From NCBI GenBank assembly GCA_002633005.1, contig NMRA01000023.1, forward strand, positions 1,557,097 to 1,621,096: DNA of 64,000 nucleotides. Direction: 5' to 3'. Below, piece after piece: positions 39,001 through 48,669 of the stretch. A program made the position numbers and the translations under genes. This stretch comes from Phoronis australis (Eukaryota; Animalia; Phoronida). Every line of letters begins with the position of its first letter. Positions within the stretch are counted from its first letter, which is position 1. Below the pieces are notes generated by a model. The model was given only the letters and a program-made list of their open reading frames with translations, ran no database searches and was not told the origin of the DNA.

Positions 39001-42000
39001 CTCATCAAATCAACACTTTTGGCTCATCAAACCATCAAATCAACATGTTAAATGACTCCCAGTCTGAACATGGATGAAAGAAATCATTTATTATTTAACT
39101 TTAATTTTTGTCTTACCTTATCTTCCTGATTTTGAGACGACTGGGTCCACCAAAAATCACTGCAGTCCTCTCACAAAATTAAAAATTGTGAAATGTTTGC
39201 TATTGTGAAGGGGTTCATGACATTGGAGTCTGGAACTATCTACTCCACCCCAGCTAACACTGTTAAAGTTAAGAAAAAAATTGGGACAGCCTCTACAATT
39301 TGGGACACCGAAATTCAAGCTTAATAGAATTTCTGAAGACTGGACACTGTGTTTTGTATCAATAGAGCCTGAAAATAGACTTGGCTGTTACACAAATTAG
39401 TTCAAGAAGCAACGTTTTCATCAACCTCATAGTACATAACATCATTTGTCATAGATTGTAATTCTTGAATTTGCAACAGCCATGATTGCCTATTTCTAAA
39501 ATTTGGAAAAAAACTCCTGCAGCGATCAAAATAATTAATTTCCACAGTCCCAAACTTGAGAATTTTTCAATAATAGTTTTCTTGCCAATTTCTACTTGAC
39601 TGGCGTAAATTATTTTCAGGAACTACAACTAAAAGTGAAGTGAATTTAATACATGAACACATCATCACAGAGATAGCCTTTGTTTGTACTGATTACACTA
39701 GAAAGCAATGTGATGCCATCTGTTGTCAATACTTTGAAATGGAAATTGATTAGTTTTTAGTTCCAACAATATCAAATAGGGGGCGTGCAGCTACTGTCAG
39801 CTGCTTAACAACTCTGGAATCTGGTTCTTCACTAGTCAATAAAGGATGAGGACAAGGTGTATTGAAATCACTTGAACATAAAATGCATGATTTTACAACC
39901 TGAACAGGCATAATTTGAGTTAGAATACACACTTCATTTTGGTTAGCAGTAAAACTGTGCTTCTATTTCCGTAAGGTTCAATCCTAAAAGGAACAGTATA
40001 CAATCGAAATCATTGAGTACGGTGCACTTAAATAATATTTGTCACAGAAGCATTACAGAAAATGAGAAAAATTACAGAAAATTTGAATGATAAAGTTCTT
40101 CAAGTCGTGACTTAGTATGGTGAAAATCTGACCAAATGGCCTCGTTTTCGAATTGTTCACTAGACTGCATTGCTAATGGAGGTTGGGTGCAAGACAAGAG
40201 TCAATTAAATGCACCATCTGGTAGGTAACTACACAGTTGTATGAATGTTGAAAGTTGTCAACTCAAGAAATCATGGCCCATGAACAAATATGTCACTCAT
40301 GACTAATAGGGCACTCAGAGCTCATACCTTTTCCCCCATCTTTTTGCACAAACAGAATAAGATTCCGATAATATACTAAAGATGTACCAACAATTGGATA
40401 AAAACCATGGGCCTGTTCCAAGAAAACTGACTTAGCTAAAACAATCTTAAATTTCAGTCAATTTTAATATAGAACTTAAATTTGTCTCAAGTCCATTTAA
40501 AGAAAGAGATCTTTAAGTATTACGTTTTTGATTTGAGTTTTGACTTAATTTTAACTATCTTACCGAATGTGGAAGTTTCATAGCTTGGAAGCTAAGACAA
40601 ATCTTAGACATAAGTCAAAAATGAACTTAAGTTGGTTTCTTGGAACGGGCCTATACCTTCATCCTAATGGACCAGTATTAACACAATCTACCATTTGCAG
40701 ATGGCTGTATTGAGACTTCGAAGTAAATGAATACGATAATTCCCCACTTCACATAAAAATTACGTTGCTACAAATAATTGAAAATCTTATGCATTAGGCA
40801 AATCTTACGCTAACAGGATTTGCGCGCAAGTGGCCGAGAAAATGTGCAATGTTTACCCCCAGAGTATCCAGCGAAGTCCTCAGCACATCAAAGGCTTGAT
40901 GGTGCTGTAAACGATTGAAGTGAGCTAGTCGGTATTCAAGTGCTTGGCTGAACGTGCTGAATACGATGATTGCGGTCGTAAACCAACACACCTCTTTAGC
41001 GTACAAGTTTTAAAGTAAAAAAAACTAACAGTATGTAAGACAAACGACCTACATGACTGTTTATAAATTGAAAAGTAAATAGTAGCCATCTTTGAATTTT
41101 TAAAATTGATGCATTATAAGAAAAATTAGCGAATAGGTTTTCTTCAGCATCGCAGCTAAGACACGAGCATTAATTTGTGAATAGATTAGAATGGGTTGGT
41201 CGCAGTCTGACTTGGGGTCGCTAAGGCATTGGGGTAACAAAACCACAAATGTTAGAGTAAGATCTATCTCATGGTCATCTAAATGAAAAGTTAATTTTTA
41301 GCGGGTTTATAGCCGCCATAACGACCACATCACAAAATACCACAGTATCACTCTGATTCTGCAGCAATTATCTACAGTGCTACACTTCTCTCTCCTTATG
41401 GATGTCCTCATTATTTTTAAGGACTCAACCTCGAAGTCTCAATTTTGTTGCCGAATATCAACCCCATTCCCATCTCATAACGATAAATCGTCGTGAGAGA
41501 CCATCCGGAGTTGGTAAATGGTGCAACCCCGGACGGTCTGGGGTCAACAAAAAACCACAGTTCAACTGTGAGTCTACNATTGAAGTGAGCTAGTCGGTAT
41601 TCAAGTGCTTGGCTGAACGTGCTGAATACGATGATTGCGGTCGTAAACCAACACACCTCTTTAGCGTACGAGTTTTAAAGTAAAAAAAACTAACAGTATG
41701 TAAGACAAACGACCTACATGACTGTTTATAAATTGAAAAGTAAATAGTAGCCATCTTTGAATTTTTAAAATTGATGCATAAGAAAAATTAGCGAATAAGT
41801 TTTCTTCAGCATCGCAGCTAAGACACGAGCATTAATTTGTGAATAGATTAGAATGGGTTGGTCGCAGTCTGACTTGGGGTCGCTTAGGCATTGGGGTAAC
41901 AAAACCACAAATGTTAGAGTAAGATCTATCTCATGGTCATCTAAATGAAAAGTTAATTTTTAGCGGGTTTATAGCCGCCATAACGACCACATCACAAAAT

Positions 42001-43923
42001 ACCACAGTATCACTCTGATTCTGCAGCAATTATCTACAGTGCTACACTTCTCTCTCCTTATGGATGTCCTCATTATTTTTAAGGACTCAACCTCGAAGTC
42101 TCAATTTTGTTGCCGAATATCAACCCCATTCCCATCTCATAACGATAAATCGTCGTGAGAGACCATCCGGAGTTGGTAAATGGTGCAACCCCGGACGGTC
42201 TGGGGTCAACAAAAAACCACAGTTCAACTGTGAGTCTACACCGCTGTGATAAACGAGAGTAGTTCTACTTGCTGCGTCAGACGCAGGTATGCTTATCTCT
42301 GTTATGAGACACAATGTGTGATCAGGCAAAGTGTTTTCAAAATAATGTGGATAAATCAGTGGAGTGTGAGACCCCTGAGGTCCCTGTCAAGTCCTCACGA
42401 CAATTCTTCGTTATGTGAAAAATGTTTTAAAATCACAGGAAATTCCCCTCGTCAAGCCCAAGAATTCCATTCCAATGATTGAAAAATGCCCTTAAGGTTG
42501 GAACCGCTTCCAGCTCATAAAGACCCTTGATTCAGAAGTTAACTGTGAAAATCTGACCCTCAGTGTGAACAGCGTCAATGTGGAAAGCTGAATGTGGACT
42601 GATGTAAGGGTATTAACATGCAAAGAAAGTCATTCATGGGAATCCATGGTCCACCCCTACTACTCAGGGTAATCCAATTCCAAGAAAAATGCAATGGCCT
42701 GATGGGTCCTCTCCTCACAGGTGAGTGACGGCCCTCTCTTACCACATGTACTTGACCTATTTTTCCTGTTCTAGTTTTAACATTTTTCCTTGCATCAATA
42801 ACGTGTACTGCTCAGAACACTCCATTTTTATTACATGTTACTGTCTGTAGTTGTCGTTTTCATTCATTGTGTTCTTAGAAAAGTTTGACTGTACTTACAA
42901 GTAATGCTAAGATAACACCGTCTCTCCTTCGGTCTGCCAATTCCATTGTAGGCACGACATTTGTACCAGCCGGTGTCATCACGGTGTGACGGTTTGATGT
43001 GAAGCGACCCTTCTGCAAAGATCTCCACGCGATCCTTAAGTCCATCCACAAGAAAGACATCTTCACCTTCCTTTTCCCACCTATACGTGATGTTCGTTGG
43101 GTAGCCTCCTGCTTCACAGGGGAGTCGCACCTCTGCACCTTCATTCTCAGTCATGTTGACTGGCGGGTTAATTAAGTACGGTCCATCTTTGAAACACAGA
43201 ACAACTTATACAAATGTTCACAAAATCTAACACAACACATTCCGCTACAAGGGCATCCAAAACTAAACACAACAAAACTCACAGAGGCTCTTGCAAATTG
43301 AAGTGTCCATCATTTGGGTTGGCACACACATTCATCTAAGCATCTATCATCAAAGTTTAAAAAAATTACCTTAAACGCCCTTGTAGACATTAAAACAATC
43401 CTTTTCGCTTTTGTACATAAAGGTGCTAAATGTAACTTCTGGCGATTTGACCCAAATTGTCAATTTTTGTCACCACACAGTCCCCATTTTTTAAAAAATA
43501 TTTTTAATGCCCCATGCTCCACTTGGCGCATTCATTTTGGTCAAACGTTTGGAAAAGGAACAAGTTTATCTCAACCATTCTCCTCATCAACCACTGACCA
43601 CCACGATTATGTTTAATTCACATTATTTCTAATCATATCCAGCTCTACACTATTTGTACCTGCTAACATCACGTGGACATCCTTTTCCGTTTCACCAACT
43701 GAGTTCCTAGCCTTGCACGTATAGACGCCCGCGTCCAATCGCTGGAAGTTGATGATTGTGACATTCCCACTAATCTTGATGCGCACGCTGGATTGAATAG
43801 CCTTGCCATCCTTCTCCCAGACCAAGTTGGGGCTTGGCACTCCTGTTGCTGTACAGGTCAAGGTCACTGTTTGAGACTCCAGTACATACATGTTGCCAGA
43901 GATGCTGGTGATGGTCGGTGCAA
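1131..43923 (-). CDS. IGSF9: Turtle/IGSF9-family Ig-FN3 single-pass adhesion receptor; 5'-partial spliced gene (13 coding exons in window, ~1320 codons)
   Basis: Exons join in frame with GT-AG sites and matching phases. Domain order Ig-Ig-Ig-Ig-FN3-FN3-TM-long tail. Motifs CEAGGYPTNITYRW, CPAKGNPPVTMVEWRKD..YKCIPY and TTPHAPRNLTV..WEPGYHGGLEQYYVLW resemble turtle/IGSF9 Ig3, Ig4 and FN3-1 as I recall them (no database search run). Confidence 0.85.
5314..5613. repeat. 33-bp minisatellite, ~9 copies (cagaataacacaatgaagaggcgtgtgtgcacc)
   Basis: Tandem copies read directly. Confidence 0.95.
5723..6134. mobile_element. Old fold-back MITE (~410 bp)
   Basis: Left ccaggggctaatc..actccaaatcgaactagaaattatttt vs reverse complement of right ccgggcctaatc..actctaaatcaaactggactttatttt; inner arm matches (gataagtgtc/gacacttatc, acttcatgacc/ggtcatcaagt). 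Confidence 0.7.
6282..6419. repeat. 35-bp inverted repeat (33/35) with 68-nt spacer, arms carrying CTCF-like and E-box motifs
   Basis: 6282-6316 atgccacctgttggccacatcacgtgaccaaatat vs 6385-6419. Confidence 0.85.
7581..10067. other. Assembly gap (N 8612-9055) flanked by a ~1-kb near-identical duplication (7581-8611 vs 9056-~10067), probably two alleles
   Basis: The right contig restarts at taagtttggagaatg, identical to 7581; scattered SNPs/indels; poly-C at the gap edge. Confidence 0.9.
10417..10480 (-). CDS. IGSF9: Exon: juxtamembrane cytoplasmic (SAVNNVKYIDTNHTTHPAPLIM); not in ORF track
   Basis: Acceptor gttgcag|GTGCA, donor TTAT|gtaagt; 64 nt, phase 1-2, which is the phase needed to enter the long frame of the last exon. 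Confidence 0.82.
10751..10885 (-). CDS. IGSF9: Exon: transmembrane helix (AIWGISAACIAILVVFIVAVVFIV) plus basic stop-transfer RIRRKK
   Basis: Acceptor cttgcag|AAATT, donor TACA|gtgagt; 135 nt, phase 1-1. Confidence 0.92.
11143..11347. repeat. Degenerate ~30-bp tandem repeat (gacatctgtgggaaaaactgggtgagtt)
   Basis: About 7 imperfect copies. Confidence 0.8.
11519..11803 (-). CDS. IGSF9: Exon: FN3-2 (GERPNPPIDLTV..VSWNPP..YRVEY..YEFRVRS)
   Basis: Acceptor cttttag|GTGAA, donor CCAG|gtacta; 285 nt, phase 1-1. Confidence 0.92.
12179..12259 (-). CDS. IGSF9: Exon: inter-FN3 linker (GYEPTMPMVLPTDGTGKKYCPPLAISQ)
   Basis: Acceptor tttacag|GCTAT, donor CAAG|gtaaag (second in-frame donor 6 nt further, at 12173); 81 nt, phase 1-1. 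Confidence 0.8.
12452..12552. mobile_element. Small palindromic MITE-like element
   Basis: ctcagctaggtcaac..acatttgattggtt mirrored by aaccaatcagatgt..gttgacttggctgag. Confidence 0.55.
17031..17111 (-). CDS. IGSF9: Probable cassette exon: S/T/P-rich mucin-like linker (GVISTPSTTVNTEKTTPTLSTTLTPSI)
   Basis: Acceptor ctgttgtag|GTGTC, donor ATAG|gtattc; 81 nt, symmetric phase 1-1, open frame. Confidence 0.65.
17739..17847. repeat. 34-bp perfect tandem repeat x3
   Basis: atacaaccaatattgacggctatcattctgttca repeated. Confidence 0.95.
18424..18847. mobile_element. MITE with terminal inverted repeats
   Basis: Left cagtgcctggtttcatgaaa..ggactcgaccaagttcacta; right reverse complement cagtgcctagttgcatgaaa..ggactcaactaagcttacta. 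Confidence 0.7.
19851..20805. repeat. 35-bp minisatellite, ~27 copies (gtactgtagttgtattgtctgattacttttgtctg)
   Basis: Period 35 measured (19861, 19896 ...); copies decay toward the right end. Confidence 0.97.
21652..21824 (-). CDS. IGSF9: Exon: C-half of FN3-1 (WFIKDGNPNWTSLKV..YSLEANTFYWFFVLSRNSKGDG..KTK); not in ORF track
   Basis: Manual translation; acceptor ggacag|GTTCA, donor AAAG|gtgagt; 173 nt, phase 2-1; FN3 tyrosine-corner-like L..T.Y.F.V..N..G. Confidence 0.92.
22172..23417. mobile_element. Helentron/HINE-like non-autonomous element, diverged copy
   Basis: Start aaataagagctaagcagaatgttgaaatg aligns with 47051 aaacaagagcaacgcagagcgttgaaatg; ends ..gtggcagcataaaa; internal repeats contain gccac(t/c)aggggg. 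Confidence 0.7.
23592..23800. mobile_element. Terminus of a dispersed TTAA-ended DNA-transposon-like family (related segments ~35700-35904 and ~57830-58012 in opposite orientation)
   Basis: tttaaggttatgaagaaccctagaa vs reverse complement of 35881-35905 tttaaggttatgtaggagattagaa; shared cttttgc/gcaaaagtg and aaaataggactttt blocks. Confidence 0.5.
25072..25180. repeat. (CT)n microsatellite plus 34-bp direct duplication next to the FN3-1 exon donor
   Basis: ctcccttaccctctctctagcaccccctaccaga at 25113 and 25147. Confidence 0.85.
25186..25297 (-). CDS. IGSF9: Exon: N-half of FN3-1 (LTTPHAPRNLTVTTRQFSAHVSWEPGYHGGLEQYYVLW); coding frame not in ORF track
   Basis: Manual translation; acceptor ttgcag|TAACT, donor TATG|gtatgt; 112 nt, phase 1-2. 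Confidence 0.92.
26414..26564 (-). CDS. IGSF9: Exon: C-half of Ig5 (VGSSELP..GNLTISDL..HGRYECIAEN..LIIE)
   Basis: Acceptor gttcag|GTGGG, donor GAAT|gtaagt; 151 nt, phase 0-1. Confidence 0.92.
28017..28132 (-). CDS. IGSF9: Exon: N-half of Ig5 (DLPYFLVRP..FPCVATGDPSPVVSWRK)
   Basis: Acceptor ttttag|ATCTG, donor AAG|gtcagt; 116 nt, phase 1-0. Confidence 0.92.
31075..31216. repeat. ~33-bp tandem repeat x4 (tgaacacaatagaagtgaatctgatcactgctg)
   Basis: Tandem copies read directly. Confidence 0.9.
32525..32598 (+). mobile_element. Degenerate tRNA-derived SINE-like head
   Basis: B-box-like ggttcgaatc with weak A-box-like tagctagg upstream; no intact cloverleaf. Confidence 0.35.
32655..32936 (-). 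CDS. IGSF9: Exon: Ig domain (probable Ig4) YMAYVDG..CPAKGNPP..WRKDG..DAGFYKCIPY
   Basis: Acceptor gttcag|ATATG, donor AGAG|gtgaga; 282 nt, phase 1-1. Confidence 0.93.
33914..34093. repeat. 50-bp tandem repeat, ~3.6 copies
   Basis: agcattcaca recurs at 33921, 33971, 34021, 34071. Confidence 0.95.
38185..38719. mobile_element. Helentron/HINE-like element, truncated copy (left boundary approximate)
   Basis: Three gccactagg.. cores (38265, 38395, 38538), (gaca)n microsatellite and terminal ..atatatgggcgtataaaaa like the 48651-48669 end. Confidence 0.7.
38930..39045. repeat. ~30-bp tandem repeat x4 (ctcatcaaaccatcaaatcaacacttttgg)
   Basis: Tandem copies read directly. Confidence 0.85.
40410..40651. 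mobile_element. MITE (PIF/Harbinger-like termini)
   Basis: TIR ggcctgttccaagaaa vs reverse complement ggcccgttccaagaaa (15/16). Confidence 0.75.
40914..42239. other. ~660-bp tandem duplication joined by a single N (41578): scaffolding/allelic overlap artefact
   Basis: 40914-41577 vs 41579-42239 differ by about three SNPs and one 3-bp indel; the junction is exactly the N. Confidence 0.9.
42899..43186 (-). CDS. IGSF9: Exon: Ig domain (probable Ig3) DGPYLINPPVNMTE..CEAGGYPTNITYRW..DDTGWYKCRAYNG
   Basis: Acceptor tttcaaag|ATGGA, donor ACTT|gtaagt; 288 nt, phase 1-1. Confidence 0.93.
43660..43923 (-). CDS. IGSF9: Exon: Ig domain (probable Ig2) VAPTITS..LTCTATGVPSPNLVWEKDG..DAGVYTCKARN
   Basis: Acceptor ttccag|TTGCA, donor GCAG|gtacaa; 264 nt, phase 1-1; I-set Ig signature C..W..DxGxYxC. 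Confidence 0.92.
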
Positions 43924-45919
43924 CTGGAACAATGATCATGTGATTACGCGACATGGTCACTGTCATGGTGCCTTGCACAGACATGTTGAACAAAGCTGGA
44001 TGGGGACAACACAGCAGAGAGACGCATAGAGCTACAACACTGCACAGTCCTCGATAACTTAATTTCGGGGCCGAATATCGGCTCCATTCCCGTATCATAT
44101 GAAAAATAATTAGAAATCACTCGAAATTCCCCTCATCACACTCAAACAGTCCCTTTCAATGATTGAAATTACTCCCAAGTTAGAACCATTTCCGCAAATG
44201 TTACCTTTTCAGAAGGCACAAGTACCTTATCCCTCAGGTGAGATGATTTGGAAAAATTATTTCTTTTTGTGGCTTTGTGATCATCCACTACATATTGAAA
44301 CTTTGGTGCAAGATTCACACATCTTGTGTAACTGAGTATGCCAAAAACTAATGCCAAGAAACAAAAAAGTGAGGCAGCAAGGTAATCAATATCCCATTCT
44401 CTACAAAAAAAAATATTAAGAAGAGTGTAAAATTCCCCGCATCAGGTCCAAAATTGCCCTCTATTGATTAATAAATTCCCCTCAAGATTAAAATCACTTG
44501 TGCAAAATGTCAGTTTTTGGGGAAATCAGTGATGACCAGAGGGAATTCCCCTTTAACCAATTATTCCCGTTTCACGAGGCATGACCACCATCCATCTCAG
44601 GTGAACAAGGTCTCAATACATTATGTTCTAACAATTTTTTATTGTATTAAGAAAGTAGAGATTTTTAAACACGTAAATAAATAGGGATAATTATTTAAAT
44701 TTCTTCATTTGTTTCCTCCATGAAGCAATAACAATTGCTATGGACAGTACTTTGTTTTGCAGGAAGGCAGTGTATGAACTGGTATAGAAAGTAGGCACAA
44801 CTCCAGTTCTATAGTTAGTACAGATGACAACCAATAGAGGACAGCACATTACATAAAAATAATCATTTGGAAATTCTCCATCAGAAAGGACCATTTGCAT
44901 AATTGATTCATCACTAATAAAAAACATATGCTCTACAGCAATAGTCAAGAGGCCCACACCCATATGTACACCTGGTCAGTAGAAAGTACCTGTATTACTC
45001 AAGCCAGGAATAAGGGCACATTGTTTCTTTAGGCGGACAATAAAAGACAATAACTGAAGTTCTTTATGCAAATACAAATTAGCCTGGGGATGTATCAATC
45101 ATTAATGGGAATTGTTGTGCTTTGCAAATGCGAGATTAACTGACTATGATGACATTAGTGTTCTGAGAATTCGCCAAACTTCATTACGCATGGCCTATTG
45201 TCACGAACGTGACCAAAGTCTCCGAACTAGAAATACTACACGCAACTGAAACAAGCCTTAAATATCTGTTCTGTCACAATTTTAAGACATGAAGTTTTTA
45301 TCAAAGTTTAAAATTTACAAGATAACACTTTTGCATTGCTAATTCACATATTTGTTTCTTGTATTTTGCCTTCATCGACAGAAAGAATTTGTAAGAATGC
45401 ACTTTTTGTAACTCGTTTAAGACTGGCTTACCCTTTAAATTAAAAAGACAAAAATAAACCAAAGCGTTCTAGGATTAGATACTTGGTGAAATTTAATGCA
45501 AAATGATGATGGTGGTTATGAACATGACTAAGAAATATAGCCTTATAAGTATATCATAAGCTAAATCAACAAAAGTGCAACAAAAAGTCACTCAATAAAA
45601 TGAGTAGCCATTTAAGCTGTAGAAAGAAACAGATACACAGCATTCCCCAAATAACCCCTGACACAGCAAATATCTGAAAGATCTGTCCAAGGACATCGAA
45701 GCTATGGCTCCGTAATGAAAAAGTCAATAATGGCCGGCACAGTACCTCCGTTTGTCCAATTTCAACCAAAAAATAGTTGGCCTCAAGCTACTGATGAGAC
45801 AAAAGAAATAAAAACCTACAATGGGCAACAATCAGCAAGGAATGAACAGTCAACAAAACAGTTGCTGGAAAATTTTCTATGACACAAGAATGGTAAGTCT
45901 TAGCAAGAAACAAAAAATT

Positions 45920-46506
45920 ACAGAGAGCGATTTCCGTCCAAAATAATGTCGGTGGAGTTTCCAATATCGTTGGTCATGTACCAGCCGAGTGTGATTTTGT
46001 TTTTTCTTATTTCATTGCTCAGGGTGGTGGCGTTTCATGTACTGTCACGGGAAATCACAGAAATGTAAGCCACAGATTTGAAATTCCTGTCAAGTACCGC
46101 TTTGCTGGTTCTTCCACGGCAATGAAATACATACGACAAACATTGTCTCAGTAATCACTACACGCTGACACGAGTTCCGTGTGTGAGCTTAAGGAAGCAA
46201 CTAGGTCTCCTTCGGTAATGAGTTGGGGAATACAGGCATTTTACCGCCATAGTAAGACAAGGTCCCAGTTCCGCTAAAACTGACCGACTGTCACTGAAAG
46301 GTAAGAGATTAGCGTAAGTTTTGGAATCTTAGCTTTGTGCGACGATCGTTCACAAAAGCACAGACATGTTTAAGGAAGTCTCGATCACGAAAAATTGGGG
46401 AGGGCATTGGCACTTAAAAATGAAAAATCGAAAATTTCAGGAGCGGACTGTACGTCGAGCATGGGCGGTAACCCCAGCATGGGTGGTAAGCCGGACGAGT
46501 ACGGTA
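45920..46506. mobile_element. Fragment of a TcMar/pogo-like DNA transposon (one terminus ..gagtacgg|ta)
   Basis: TACCGTA-type end on the minus strand with two subterminal agcatgggYggtaa repeats; CpG-rich relative to flanks; partner TIR not found. Confidence 0.5.
45927..46154 (+). pseudogene. 5'-truncated HIRAN-like domain coding fragment (75 codons plus TAA)
   Basis: Manual translation AISVQNNVGGVSNIVGHVPAECDFVFSYFIAQGGGVSCTVTGNHRNVSHRFEIPVKYRFAGSSTAMKYIRQTLSQ*; pattern AxxV..VGHVP..F...GG...C.VTG..EIP..Y.F.G; no ATG. Confidence 0.6.
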
Positions 46507-47050
46507 TTTGACAGAAAAACAATCAGCATTGTGTGCAGGTTAAGCTATCCAATATGTTCGACTGTATGAAGGCCACTGTATTCAAAGTTCGTCCAATCAC
46601 CAGGCAGCTCACAATCTTGATTACATACAATTATAAGTGCCCAATTCAGCCATTAGATGAAACTAACTGATTACCCACGAGACCCTCATAGCATAGCTGG
46701 ATACAGGTCTCTCAAGATGGATCGGGGGTTAACAGAGATATTTCAATTAAGAGAAAGTGTCTCTACAAAGACCACTTAAGTAAGAGAAATGGTTGTCTTA
46801 ATATGTAAGTGTTAGACTAGCGATCAACGTAATTATATTAATGGGGAAGAAATAACTAGACATTTGGTTTTTGTCTATGTATGTTTCACACGCACAACTA
46901 ATTCAATACTGGTACAAAAATACAAACCCTTAAGACAGTCAAGTTAAACAGAGTTTGAAAACAAAAAATTAATAAAGAAAGTCTGGCAAATCTTCACTTC
47001 TTTAGTACATGAAATGGCAGACAAGTGAAATTCCATTTCTCGGCAAAAAT

Positions 47051-48669
47051 AAACAAGAGCAACGCAGAGCGTTGAAATGCGCCCACGAATGCATCACAAA
47101 CGGTATGCTTTTAGGGTTGTTTATTGGTCATAAAAATGGCCACTGGATGACGCAACGTACAATCCATCCAAAAATGTGAACATGTCGCTAATTTAGTAGA
47201 AAGCTATTCACCAAATTTCATAGAAATCTGTCACGGAACTTCAGAGAAACAAAGGAAACAGAATAAAATGAAAACTGCCACTAGGGGGCACAATGCTGAT
47301 TGGATCCACCTCAAAGTCGTCATTGTCAGTTGTTAGCTTCATATAAATACACTTACTAAATTTAAAAAAGACCCAGCAGTGAGTTTAGGAAATACAGCTA
47401 TGGGCGCAAAACAAAACAAAACTACGAGTGGAAACGTCATCGTCAACCATCCTCTTCACACAGAGAACACCAATTTTCAAAACCATCCTTAGAATGGTTT
47501 AGTTGATAGAGGGGCAGACGCCAAAAAACAGCAAAAATGGCCACTAGGTGGCGCAAAATACCTCGATTCCATCAAAAAACAGGAGGATAGCGTCATCTCA
47601 CCAGCGGATGCCTGTATTCAAAATTTTATGAAAATCGTTGAGGACCCTTGAAGATACAGATACGTAAAATCTAAAATTGCCATCAGGGGGCACACCAGTA
47701 GTCAGATCCGTTTGAAAGTCATCGTCGTCCATTGTCAACATCATATAAATACACTTGTTAAATTTAATAAAGATCCTGCAAACGGTTTAAAAGATTTTTC
47801 ACAATTATCCTGAAAGCGATTTGGTTGATAGAGAGGTGGACGCCAAAAAAACTCGAAAACGGTAAAAATGACCACTAGGTGGCGCAAACTATGTCGAATC
47901 CATCTGAAAACAGAAAGATAGTGTCACCACATGAAACAGAAGCCTGTACGCCAAATTCTTTGAAAATACATTGAGGACCTTTGAAGATACAGAGGCTAAC
48001 ATAAATAAAATTAAATTGCCACCAGGGGGCACACCAGTAGTCAAATATGTCCAAAAGTCGTCGTCCTCCTTTTTCAACATCATATAAATGCACTTATTAA
48101 ATTTAGTAAAGATCCTGCAGATGGTTTAGGAGATACAGCCATAGGCACAAAAAAACGTAACTGCCACTAGGAGGTGCCACAGTCGTCAAAATCGTGGGAA
48201 AATCGTCAGCCGTCCTCTTCATAGTATGAGCACACATGCCAATTTCCACAATTATCCTTAGAGCGGTTTGGTTGACAGAGGGGTGGCCAACTAAAAACAT
48301 ACTCGAAAACAGTAAAAATGGTCACTAAGTGGCGCAAATTACGCCGAATCTATCCCAAAACAGGTGGATGGTGTCACCTCACTAATAGATGTCTACATGC
48401 CAAATTTTATGATGAAAATACTATGAAGACCTTTGAAGATATAGAGGTAAGCGCAAAAAACTAAAATTGCCACTAGGGGCAGACCGGCAGTCGAATCCAT
48501 CTGAAAGTTCGCTCATGCCGTCCCATCCATGAAAGGACACGTGCAAAATTTCATGAATATACGTCAAACGGTTTTGGAGTTAGAACAGCGAACACCAGAC
48601 GGACGCCGCATGGACGGACAGAGATGACAGCATAATGCGTCCACATATAAATATGTGGGCGCATAAAAA
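47051..48669. mobile_element. Helentron/HINE-like element, best-preserved copy with internal ~145-bp tandem cores
   Basis: 10-bp subterminal IR atgcgcccac (47077-86) / gtgggcgcat (48655-64); hairpin caacgc-aga-gcgttg (47060-74); 14-bp hairpin 48635-64; ggac/gaca microsatellite; A-run ends; no TSD seen. Confidence 0.8.

Noticed and set aside
40794-42329. Tandemly duplicated ORFs / apparent recent segmental duplication
   Set aside because: Junction is a single N and the copies differ like alleles; assembly overlap.
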